NCBI GenBank assembly: GCA_963789885.1
Contig: CAWBNB010000033.1
Span: forward strand, 29,770-93,769
Length of the DNA stretch: 64,000 nt
Origin: an uncultured beta proteobacterium
Lineage (GTDB): Bacteria > Pseudomonadota > Gammaproteobacteria > Burkholderiales > SG8-39
Reading direction: 5' to 3'
The translations under genes were made by a program, and so were the position numbers. This document shows positions 56,448 through 64,000 of the stretch, piece after piece. The stretch's first letter is position 1, and each line of letters starts with the position of its first letter. Below the pieces are notes generated by a model that searched no databases, was not told where the DNA came from, and was given only the letters and a program-made list of their open reading frames with translations.

Positions 56448-57800
56448 ATGGCACCTGGAACGATCCGGTCGCGCGCGCGGCGATGGACGGGCGTTGGCGT
56501 CGCGGCGGTCGCGCTCGCGCTCGCGTCGGGCGCCGCGCTCGCGCAGAAGGTCGCGCCGATCAACGTCGTCATCAACCAGTCGCCGTGGTTCGGCGGCTTT
56601 TCGAAGGTGGTCGAGGCCTACGAGAAGGAGACCGGCAACAAGGTCAACCTCGACGTCAATCCGTTCGCCGGCAGCGCCGAGAAGCAGCGGAGCTCCGTGC
56701 GCGCAAAGGAAGGCCAGGTCGACCTGCTGGTGATGAACTCGACCTGGCTCGCCGAGTTCTACCACGGCGGGTTCCTGGTCCCGCTCAACGACATCGACCC
56801 CGGCTTCAAGCTCGACCCGCAGGTGATCAACTACGACGACACCGCGTACTGGGACCCGAAGACGAAGACCAACAACTCGAAGACCGGTGTCGTGTACGGC
56901 GTGCCGATCAACGGCAACATCGCGGTGCTCTATTACCGCGCCGATCTCTACGAGCAGGCGGGGCTCAAGGCGCCGACGACGTGGGAGGAGCTCCTCGCCA
57001 ACGCGCGTAAGCTCCACAACCCGCCGAACGTCTACGGCATTGTGGTGCGCGGCGCGCGCAGCGCGTCGGACATCTCGTACGACTGGATGCCGTATCTCCA
57101 CAGCCACAACGGCGCGATCTTCAAGGACGAGAAGAACGGCGACTTCACCGTCACGCTGAACAGTCCCGAGGGGAAGAAGGCGCTCGACATGTACCTCGAG
57201 CTCGCGAAGACCGCCGGGCCGCCGAATCCCGGCAGCTACGGGCAGGCGCAGGTGATCCAGGCGCTCGTGACCGGCAAGGCCGCGCACGCGACGCCCGTCA
57301 TCGCCGCCTGGTCGCAGATGGACGATGCGACCAAGTCGGCGGTCGTCGGAAAGATGAACGTCGTGGTCCTGCCGCACGGGCCCGGCGGGCAGCCTGCGCC
57401 CACGCTCGGCCACTTCATCGGCGCGATCCCGAAGAACATCCCGCGGGAGCGCCAGGTCGCCGCGCTCGCCTTCCTCAAGTGGTTCCAGACCTACGACGCG
57501 CAACTCAAGTACGCACAGGCCGGCCAGCCGCCGATCCGCAAGGACGTGTACGCGGCGGACTTCGGCAAGAAGCCCGAGTTCCGGTGGATGAAGGCGATGG
57601 TCGACAGCGCGCCGTACCCGCGCATGATGTACACGGTGCCCGAGGGCGCCCAGATCGTCGCGGTGCTCGAGCTGCGGCTCAACCAGGCCGTGATCGGCGA
57701 GCGCACCTCGACCGACGCGCTCAACACCGCCGCGGCGGAGATCCACGAGATCATGCGGAAGGCCGGCTACAAGACCGGACGCCTGCCCGACCTGAAATAG
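56448..57800 (+). CDS. Extracellular solute-binding protein (family 1, CUT1 sugar ABC)
   Basis: 450-aa ORF with a signal peptide and SD AAGGAGGAG upstream. Confidence 0.85.
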   Translation: MAPGTIRSRARRWTGVGVAAVALALASGAALAQKVAPINVVINQSPWFGGFSKVVEAYEKETGNKVNLDVNPFAGSAEKQRSSVRAKEGQVDLLVMNSTWLAEFYHGGFLVPLNDIDPGFKLDPQVINYDDTAYWDPKTKTNNSKTGVVYGVPINGNIAVLYYRADLYEQAGLKAPTTWEELLANARKLHNPPNVYGIVVRGARSASDISYDWMPYLHSHNGAIFKDEKNGDFTVTLNSPEGKKALDMYLELAKTAGPPNPGSYGQAQVIQALVTGKAAHATPVIAAWSQMDDATKSAVVGKMNVVVLPHGPGGQPAPTLGHFIGAIPKNIPRERQVAALAFLKWFQTYDAQLKYAQAGQPPIRKDVYAADFGKKPEFRWMKAMVDSAPYPRMMYTVPEGAQIVAVLELRLNQAVIGERTSTDALNTAAAEIHEIMRKAGYKTGRLPDLK

Positions 57801-57805
57801 CTGCA

Positions 57806-58708
57806 ATGCCAGCGCTTGCGCGCGGCGGGCTCGCCGGCGACACCGCGCGCTGGCGGCACTACACGCTCGCGCCGGCGGTCGCCGTCTATCTGGCGCTCAC
57901 CGCGTTGCCGATCGCCAACCTGCTGGTGATGTCGGTGCACGACATCCGGTGGGAGCAGGGCGTGGCGCAGTGGGCGTTCGCCGGGGCGAAGCACTTCGCC
58001 GAGCTCCCGCGCGACCAGCTCTTCCGCGACGGCCTCGCCAACACGGCGCTCTTCGCGGTGTGCGCAGTGTCGGCCGAGCTGGTGCTCGGCTTCCTGCTCG
58101 CCCTGTTCACGAGCCGCGTCGTCCGCGGGCGCCTCTTCTATCGCACCGCGTTCCTCCTGCCGATCCTCATCCCCGGGATCGTCATCGGCGCGATCTGGAA
58201 GCTCGCCTACAACCCGGACTTCGGCGTCATCAACCAGCTCCTCGGGCTCGCCGGCCTGCCGGGAAAGGACTGGCTGGGCGAGAAGACGCTCGCGTTCGCG
58301 TCGATCGTGGTCGTCGACATCTGGCACTGGACGCCGTTCGTGTTCCTGCTGCTCCTGGCGGGGCTCGAGTCGCTGCCGCAGGACGTGTACGAGGCGGCGA
58401 AGATCGACGGCGCGAGCGCCTGGCAGGAGCTGCGCTACGTGACGCTGCCGATGATGGTCCCGACGATCGCGGTCACGGCGGTGTTCCGGCTGATCGTCTC
58501 GTTCAAGGTGTTCGACGAGGTGTATCTCCTCACCGGTGGCGGCCCGGGCACCGCGACCGAGGTGGTGAGCTTCACGATCTACCGGCGGTTCTTCACCGAG
58601 GACCGCATCGGGTACGGCTCGGCGATCTCGGTGGTCGTGCTGTTCCTGCTGACGCTCGTCATCGTCCTCGCGCTCGCCGCGCTGCGGCGGCGGCGGGACG
58701 AGGCCTAG
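57806..58708 (+). CDS. Carbohydrate ABC transporter permease (MalF-like)
   Basis: Forms the C-terminal 300 aa of ORF 57479-58708, with the start at ATG 57806. EAA loop: LPQDVYEAAKIDGASAWQELRYVTLP. Confidence 0.85.
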   Translation: MPALARGGLAGDTARWRHYTLAPAVAVYLALTALPIANLLVMSVHDIRWEQGVAQWAFAGAKHFAELPRDQLFRDGLANTALFAVCAVSAELVLGFLLALFTSRVVRGRLFYRTAFLLPILIPGIVIGAIWKLAYNPDFGVINQLLGLAGLPGKDWLGEKTLAFASIVVVDIWHWTPFVFLLLLAGLESLPQDVYEAAKIDGASAWQELRYVTLPMMVPTIAVTAVFRLIVSFKVFDEVYLLTGGGPGTATEVVSFTIYRRFFTEDRIGYGSAISVVVLFLLTLVIVLALAALRRRRDEA

Positions 58709-58717
58709 GCGCTCGCC

Positions 58718-59546
58718 GTGGTCGGCTCGCGCACCGCCAGCCTCGGGATGCACGCGGTGCTCGTGCTGGCGGCGCTCCTCGTCATCTTCCCGATCGTCTG
58801 GATCGCGCTCGCCGCGCTCAAGACGCAGATCGCGCTGCTGCGCGGCGACGTCTTCTTCACTCCGGTCTGGACCAACTTCAACGAGCTGCTCTTTTCGCGC
58901 AGCTCGGACTACCTGGCGGACTTCCTGAACAGCCTGATCGTCGCCTCGGCCTCGACGGCGCTCGTGCTCGCAATCGCTACACCTGCCGCCTATTCGCTCC
59001 ATCGCCTCGGCTGGCCACGCTGGGTGCCCGCGGCGGTGCTCCTGTGGTCGCTCGTCTTTCACATGCTCCCGCCGATCACGATGGTCGGGCCGTGGTACGT
59101 GATGTTCCGCAGCCTCGGCCTCGACAACACCTACACCGGCCTCGCGGCTCGCGCACCTCGCGCTCAACCTGCCGATCGGCATCTGGCTGATGTCGGTCTT
59201 CGTGCGCGAGATCCCGCTCGAGCTCGAGGAGGCGGCGCGCGTCGACGGCTGTACCACCCCGCAGATGCTGTGGCGCATCGTGGTCCCTCTGGTGGCGCCG
59301 GGGCTCGCGGCGACGGCGGTCATCTGCTTCGTGTTCAGCTGGAACGAGTTCGCGGTGGCGCTCAACGTCACCGCCAGGCAGACGGCGACCGTGCCGGTCG
59401 CGATCGCGCGGTTCGCGCAGGAGTACGAGATCAAGCACGGCGTGATGGCGGCGGGCGCGGTGCTGTCCGCCATCCCGGCCGTCCTGCTGCTGCTCGCCGC
59501 GCAGCGGCACATCGTGAAGGGGCTGACCGCCGGCGCGATCCGGTAG
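58718..59546 (+). pseudogene. Carbohydrate ABC transporter permease (MalG-like) interrupted by a 1-nt insertion near 59147
   Basis: The frame from GTG 58718 reads ...MFRSLGLDNTYTGLA. The continuation LAHLALNLPIGIWLMSVFVREIPLELEEAARVDGC... (ORF 59190-59546) lies in the +1 frame. The length of 829 nt equals 276 codons plus 1 nt. Confidence 0.8.
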
Positions 59547-59621
59547 ACGGCGGACTGGACGCGCGACGGAAACGCAGGCAGCATCCGTCGGACAATCGGG
59601 GAACCACACGGAGGGGAGACC

Positions 59622-60614
59622 ATGAAACTGCGTCACCAGGCGATCGCGGCTGCGATCGCATCGCTGTGCCTGATGCCGCTCGGCGCATTCGCGCAGACCG
59701 TGCTCAAGTTTGCCCACTACGCCGAGACAACGCATCCCGCGCATACCGCGGCGATGCAGTTCGCGAAGAACGTCGAGGCGCGCACGAACGGCCGCATCAA
59801 GATCGACGTGTTCCCGGCGAACCAGCTCGGCTCCCCGCCCGAGCAGCTGCAGCAGGTCAAGCTCGGCACGATCGACATCGGCGTGCCCACGCAGGGCCAG
59901 CTCGACAAGTTCGACAAGGCGTTCGCGGCGGTGATGCTGCCGTTCGTGTTCGAGGACCTCGCGCACGCGCACCGCACGCTCGACGGCCCGGCGATGGCCT
60001 GGTTCGGGCCGATCGCGGAGAAGCAGGGCTTCGTGATCCTCGCCAACTGGGAGTGGGGGTTCCGCAATCTCACCAACTCCAAGCGGCCGATCAACGGGCC
60101 CGACGACGTGAAGGGGCTCAAGATCCGCGTCCCCCCGGAGATCCAGCTCGAAGCGGCGATGGAGGCGCTCGGCGCGCAGGTGACGAAGATCGCGTTCCCC
60201 GAGCTCTACATGTCGCTGTCGCAGGGCGTCGTCGACGGGCAGGAGAACCCGGTCGCGGTGATCACCTCGAACAAGATCTACGAGGTGCAGAAGTACCTGA
60301 CGCTCACGCGGCACGTCTACAACAACATGGTCCAGGTGGTGAACGCGAAGCGCTGGGCGAGCCTCTCGCCCGCCGATCAGCAGATTCTGCGCGAGGAAGG
60401 CAAGAAGGCGGGGGACCTGATGCGGCAGCTCCTCGCCGACGCCGAGACGCAGCAGATCGAGGACCTCAAGAAGCGCGGCATGCAGGTCGTGTCGCCGAAC
60501 CCGGCGGTGTTCCGCGCGAAGATGGACCCGGCGTACAAGAAGATCTCCGAGTACGCCGGCGCTGACAACGTGCAGCGCTTCATCAAGCTCGTCGACGAGG
60601 CGAAGAAGAAGTAG
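59622..60614 (+). CDS. dctP: TRAP transporter substrate-binding protein (DctP family)
   Basis: 330-aa ORF with a signal peptide and DctP-type blocks (LKFAHYAETTHP, FPANQLG, GLKIRVP). Confidence 0.9.
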   Translation: MKLRHQAIAAAIASLCLMPLGAFAQTVLKFAHYAETTHPAHTAAMQFAKNVEARTNGRIKIDVFPANQLGSPPEQLQQVKLGTIDIGVPTQGQLDKFDKAFAAVMLPFVFEDLAHAHRTLDGPAMAWFGPIAEKQGFVILANWEWGFRNLTNSKRPINGPDDVKGLKIRVPPEIQLEAAMEALGAQVTKIAFPELYMSLSQGVVDGQENPVAVITSNKIYEVQKYLTLTRHVYNNMVQVVNAKRWASLSPADQQILREEGKKAGDLMRQLLADAETQQIEDLKKRGMQVVSPNPAVFRAKMDPAYKKISEYAGADNVQRFIKLVDEAKKK

Positions 60615-60643
60615 GCAGGAACGGGGAGGCGAAGCGCTTTCAC

Positions 60644-60674
60644 CCACCCTCTCCGCCGACCGCGGAGAGGGTGG
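60644..60674 (+). other. Intercistronic stem-loop between dctP and dctM
   Basis: Perfect 13-bp stem CCACCCTCTCCGC / GCGGAGAGGGTGG with loop CGACC. A second palindromic GC hairpin follows immediately at 60678-60696 (GGCGCGCC gca GGCGCGCC). Confidence 0.6.
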
Positions 60675-60725
60675 CGCGGCGCGCCGCAGGCGCGCCTTCC
60701 TTCCCGTGTTGCCGTTCCGCGAATC

Positions 60726-62009
60726 ATGGTCACGCTCGCGATCTTCACGCTGCTCGTCGTCCTGCTGCTCCTCGGGCTGCCGGTGGCGGCGGCGATGGGC
60801 CTCACCGCCGTCGCCGCGCTCGCGGTGCTCGGCGATGCGTCGCTGCTCAAGATCGTCGCCCAGCGCGTTTACGCGAGCACGACCGCGTTCCCCCTGCTCG
60901 CCATCCCGTTCTTCATCCTCGCCGGCAACCTGATGAACACCGGCGGGATGACCGAGCGGATCTTCCGGTTCGCCCACATGCTCGTCGGGCACATGAAAGG
61001 CGGGCTCGGGCAGGTGAACATCGTCGGCTCGATGGTGTTCGCGGGAATGTCCGGGTCGGCGCTCGCCGACGCGATGGGGCTCGGCGCGATCGAGGTGAAG
61101 GCGATGACCGAGCGCGGGTACGAGCCGACGTTCTCGGCCGCGTGCTCGGCCGCCTCCGCGACCGTCGGCCCGGTGATCCCGCCGTCGATTCCGCTCGTGC
61201 TGTTCGGCTCGATGACCGGCGTCTCGGTCGGGGCGCTCTTCCTCGGTGGCGTGGTGCCGGGGCTCCTCATGGGTTTCGCGATGATGGCGGTCGTGGCCGT
61301 AGTCGCGCGCCGGCGCAACTACCCGTCCGAGCCGCGCGCCTCGCTCGCCACCGCGCTCCGCGGGCTTGCCGACGGGCTCGCGGCGCTGGTCACGCCCGGA
61401 ATCATCATGGGCGGCATCCTCGGCGGCTTCTTCACGCCGACCGAGGCTTCGGTGGTTGCATGCGTGTACGCGCTCCTGCTCGGCATGGTTTTCTACCGCG
61501 AGCTGAAGTGGCACCACCTGCCGCAGATCCTGCTCGACACCGCGAACCAGACCGCGCAGGTGATGTTCATCGTCGCGACCGCGGGACTCTTCGGCTGGGT
61601 CCTGATCTATCTGCGCGTGCCCGATGCCCTGATCGCCGGGCTCACCTCGCTCTCGGCGAACAAGTGGCTGGTGCTCGCGATCATCAACGTGATCCTGCTC
61701 GTGCTCGGGTGCTTCATGGAGGGCATCGCGATCATGCTGCTGACGGTGCCGATCTTCATGCCGATCGTCCTGAAGCTCGGCATCGACCCGGTGCACTTCG
61801 GCGTGGTGATGACCCTCAACCTGATGATCGGCCTCCTGACGCCGCCGGTCGGTATGGTGCTCTACGCTATGTCGTCGGTAGCCAAGGTGAGCGTCATCGA
61901 CCTGACGCGCGAGCTCGTGCCGTTCATGATCTCGATCTTGGCGGTGCTGGTGCTGATCACCTTCGTCCCGGGAGTCGTGACGTGGTTGCCCAGGCTGATC
62001 ATGGGATAG
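60726..62009 (+). CDS. dctM: TRAP transporter large permease (DctM)
   Basis: 427-aa polytopic ORF with a typical DctM N-terminus and length. Confidence 0.9.
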   Translation: MVTLAIFTLLVVLLLLGLPVAAAMGLTAVAALAVLGDASLLKIVAQRVYASTTAFPLLAIPFFILAGNLMNTGGMTERIFRFAHMLVGHMKGGLGQVNIVGSMVFAGMSGSALADAMGLGAIEVKAMTERGYEPTFSAACSAASATVGPVIPPSIPLVLFGSMTGVSVGALFLGGVVPGLLMGFAMMAVVAVVARRRNYPSEPRASLATALRGLADGLAALVTPGIIMGGILGGFFTPTEASVVACVYALLLGMVFYRELKWHHLPQILLDTANQTAQVMFIVATAGLFGWVLIYLRVPDALIAGLTSLSANKWLVLAIINVILLVLGCFMEGIAIMLLTVPIFMPIVLKLGIDPVHFGVVMTLNLMIGLLTPPVGMVLYAMSSVAKVSVIDLTRELVPFMISILAVLVLITFVPGVVTWLPRLIMG

Positions 62010-62020
62010 GGGTCGGCGGC

Positions 62021-62506
62021 GTGCTCGGGCGGGTGGATCGCGGACTGGCGGCGGCGCTCAGGTGGATCAGCGTCGGCTGCCTGAGCGCGCTGTTCCTCAC
62101 GATCTCGTTCGTCGTGGTGACCCGGATATTCGGGCTGCGCTCCGCGGGCTGGACCGACGAACTGATCGAGCTCCTGTTCGGCTGGCTGCTGTTCCCGTGC
62201 GCCGCGAGCCTGTGGCGCACCAGGAGCCATTTCACCGTCGACCTGCTCGAGCAGACGATTGCCAGTCCGGCGGTGCGGCGCGTGCTTGCGATCGTGGTGG
62301 AGACGCTGTGCCTCGTGTTCCTGGCGGTCTTCGTGTACGAGGCGTGCGTGTTCGTCGAGGCGAGTGCGTCCGAGCGCTCGCCGGTGTTCGGGTACTCCCG
62401 GCTCTACTGGTACATCGTGATGCCGATCGCCGGCGCGATCATGGCGGCGTATTCGGCGGCGCGGCTGGTCGCGGCGGTGCGGGGGAGAGCGCTGCAACTT
62501 GCATGA
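62021..62506 (+). CDS. dctQ: TRAP transporter small permease (DctQ)
   Basis: Forms the C-terminal 161 codons of ORF 60671-62506, with a probable GTG start at 62021 (62033 is also possible). It has 4 TM segments and the motif GWTDELIELLFGWLLF. Confidence 0.7.
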   Translation: MLGRVDRGLAAALRWISVGCLSALFLTISFVVVTRIFGLRSAGWTDELIELLFGWLLFPCAASLWRTRSHFTVDLLEQTIASPAVRRVLAIVVETLCLVFLAVFVYEACVFVEASASERSPVFGYSRLYWYIVMPIAGAIMAAYSAARLVAAVRGRALQLA

Positions 62507-62540
62507 GCCGGGCCGAAGCCGCCGGTTGCTTCGCCGGCGC

Positions 62541-62651
62541 ATGAACGGCCTCGAACTCCTCGGCATGGTGATGCTCGTCGTGATGCTCGGCGCGATCTTC
62601 ATCGGCCTGCCGATCAGCCTCACGCTGCTCTTCCTCGCGCTGATCTTCGGG
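62541..62651 (+). pseudogene. 3'-truncated N-terminal fragment (~37 codons) of a second TRAP large permease
   Basis: MNGLELLGMVMLVVMLGAIFIGLPISLTLLFLALIFG is a typical DctM N-terminus. The membrane-protein character breaks off at about 62651, and the frame continues into unrelated, lower-GC sequence. Confidence 0.6.
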
Positions 62652-62754
62652 CCCGGAGCTTATCCAGAAAGGGTGCACTTCTCCGCTAAACACTCTCTCG
62701 CAAAGGCGCCAGGCGTATCCAGGTCGCACGCTCGGTGGCGGCCGACAGACAGAA

Positions 62755-62779
62755 GAACGGCGGCATGGCGCCGCCGTTC
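62755..62779 (-). terminator. Hairpin downstream of the minus-strand beta-propeller fragment
   Basis: Perfect 10-bp stem GAACGGCGGC / GCCGCCGTTC with loop ATGGC, about 30 nt after the stop at 62811. On the minus strand TTCTGTCTGT follows the stem. Confidence 0.4.
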
Positions 62780-62810
62780 TCCCCGCACAAGAGCTCGGCC
62801 GAGGGGGATT

Positions 62811-63473
62811 TCAGTCGTCGTGCTTCTGCTGCGGCACCCCGAACACCGCTACACAACCGTTCAGGCAGTTCGGGAAGACGTTGTTAGTCGGTAGCGGCAC
62901 GAACACGTGATTGTTGTGCGGATCGGCCGCGACCGAGTGGGCGGATCCCGGCTGCGTGCTGGGCGCGGGCACGGTGGCCTGATTGACCGTCGGCACGAGT
63001 TGCAGCAGCTCTTGGCTCTTCGCGTCGATCACGCCGAGCACCGGACCACCCGGCTGGGCGCGTGCGGCGAGGTAGTAGCGCCCGTCGCCGGAGTTGAACC
63101 AGACTTCGTCGTTCCCGGAAATTCCCTTTATCGTCTTGTCGATCGAACCGTTTTTCGCGTCCATGATGATCGAGACGGGCGCTGCAGTCACCGCCGGTGG
63201 GTGCGGGGGCGGCGGCGGCGCAATCGGGTTCGCAAGGCTCCAGGGGTTCCCCGCGGTATCGAAGGGCACGCTGCAACCCACGAGCAGATCCTGCTTCGGA
63301 CCAACCGTGAGTCCCGCAGGTTGACAGTTTTTCGCCGGGAAGAGGGCCTCCACTGCGCCACTGCTCGGGTTGATTCTCGCGACCGCGCCGAGCGGGCCGG
63401 TACCTGCGGCACCTGTAGTGCGGTTTAGCTCCGGGAGCGAGATATAGAACCTTCCGGTACCGGATTCCCACAC
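62811..63473 (-). pseudogene. 5'-truncated beta-propeller (YncE/YVTN-like) protein gene fragment
   Basis: The 220-codon ORF opens only 2 codons after an in-frame TAA (63480-63482) and has no signal peptide or N-terminal part. The C-terminal region GSAHSVAADPHNNHVFVPLP is propeller-blade-like. A/T-ending codons are much more frequent than in the rest of the window. Confidence 0.5.
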
Positions 63474-63606
63474 CGGTTGTTAGTGAAGGCGAGGCAGCCG
63501 GTGGCAAAGAAGAGACCCCGCCCCAGCCGGGTCTGTGAGCGGCCCGACCGAGCGGGTCGCTCGCTGTAGGATAGTCCGCCGGGACCCCAACAGCGAGGAG
63601 AGACGA

Positions 63607-64000
63607 ATGGCGGAAGGCCTGCTCGCAGGCGATACGGCGCTCGTGACGGGTGGCGCATCGGGAATCGGACGCGGCATCGCGCAGGCGTTCGCGCGCGAAG
63701 GCGCTCGCCTCGTGGTCGCGGACGTGGACGCTGATCGCGGCGAGGGTGTGGCGGTGGGGCTGCGCGGCGAAGGCCGCGACGCGACCTTCATCGCGTGCGA
63801 CCTCGCCGCCCCCGGCGGCGCGGAGCGGCTGTTCGGCGCGGCGGTGGCGGCGCTCGGCCGCGTGTCGATCCTCGTCCACAGCGCCAGCCCGCGACGCCTC
63901 GAGTCGGACACCGTGTTCGGCGTGAGCGACGAGAGCTGGGACCGCATGGTCAACGTGAACCTGCGCGGGGCTTTCGTCCTCGGCCGCGAGGCGGGGCGCC
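63607..64000 (+). CDS. SDR-family oxidoreductase; 3' end runs off the window
   Basis: Absent from the ORF track because it has no stop in the window. ATG 63607 follows GAGGAG. Sequence MAEGLLAGDTALVTGGASGIGRGIAQAFAREGARLVVADV... contains the TGxxxGIG motif. Confidence 0.85.
   Translation, partial: MAEGLLAGDTALVTGGASGIGRGIAQAFAREGARLVVADVDADRGEGVAVGLRGEGRDATFIACDLAAPGGAERLFGAAVAALGRVSILVHSASPRRLESDTVFGVSDESWDRMVNVNLRGAFVLGREAGR

Noticed and set aside
20513-59147. Programmed ribosomal frameshifting or recoding as the explanation for the five frame breaks
   Set aside because: None of the five junctions has a slippery X-XXY-YYZ heptamer or a conserved downstream structure. The affected families are not known to use recoding.
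59076-61796. 906-aa minus-strand ORF
   Set aside because: It is antisense to the permease, dctP and dctM genes, and its sequence is Arg/His/Asp/Glu-rich.

Overview
This is a 64-kb, very GC-rich (about 70% by eye) chromosomal segment of a proteobacterium. Four orphan Bug/TctC-type periplasmic receptors suggest a Burkholderiales-like betaproteobacterium (inference). It holds about 65 tightly packed genes, nearly all metabolic enzymes or solute-uptake systems: two CUT1 sugar ABC systems, one NitT/TauT-type ABC system, a Liv-type binding protein, a TRAP transporter, an MFS transporter and a BenE transporter. I saw no rRNA, tRNA, CRISPR array, transposase or integrase. Many long Arg/Pro/His-rich ORFs in the supplied track are antisense or off-frame shadows of the real genes. 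Five observations stand out. (1) A low-GC two-gene islet at 31.65-33.83 kb encodes a leaderless LasA-type (M23A) metallopeptidase with unassigned flanking domains, tightly followed by an internally duplicated 275-aa protein of no family I recognise. This is my best candidate for an undescribed system, possibly a protease/partner or protease/inhibitor pair. (2) The islet is flanked by decayed duplicate fragments of the neighbouring AraC regulator and membrane-protein genes, so the same pair of flanks carries a sugar-ABC operon in one copy and the M23 islet in the other. (3) Five single-nucleotide-insertion frameshifts interrupt otherwise conserved genes at about 20513, 45763, 46492, 46904 and 59147. 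An assembly indel artefact and recent pseudogenisation cannot be separated from the sequence alone. (4) A translationally coupled locus at 44.6-59.5 kb is built around two leaderless Cys-type sulfatases. (5) The TRAP locus has the order P-M-Q and ends in a rearrangement scar that holds a truncated second dctM and a 5'-truncated, compositionally foreign beta-propeller gene.
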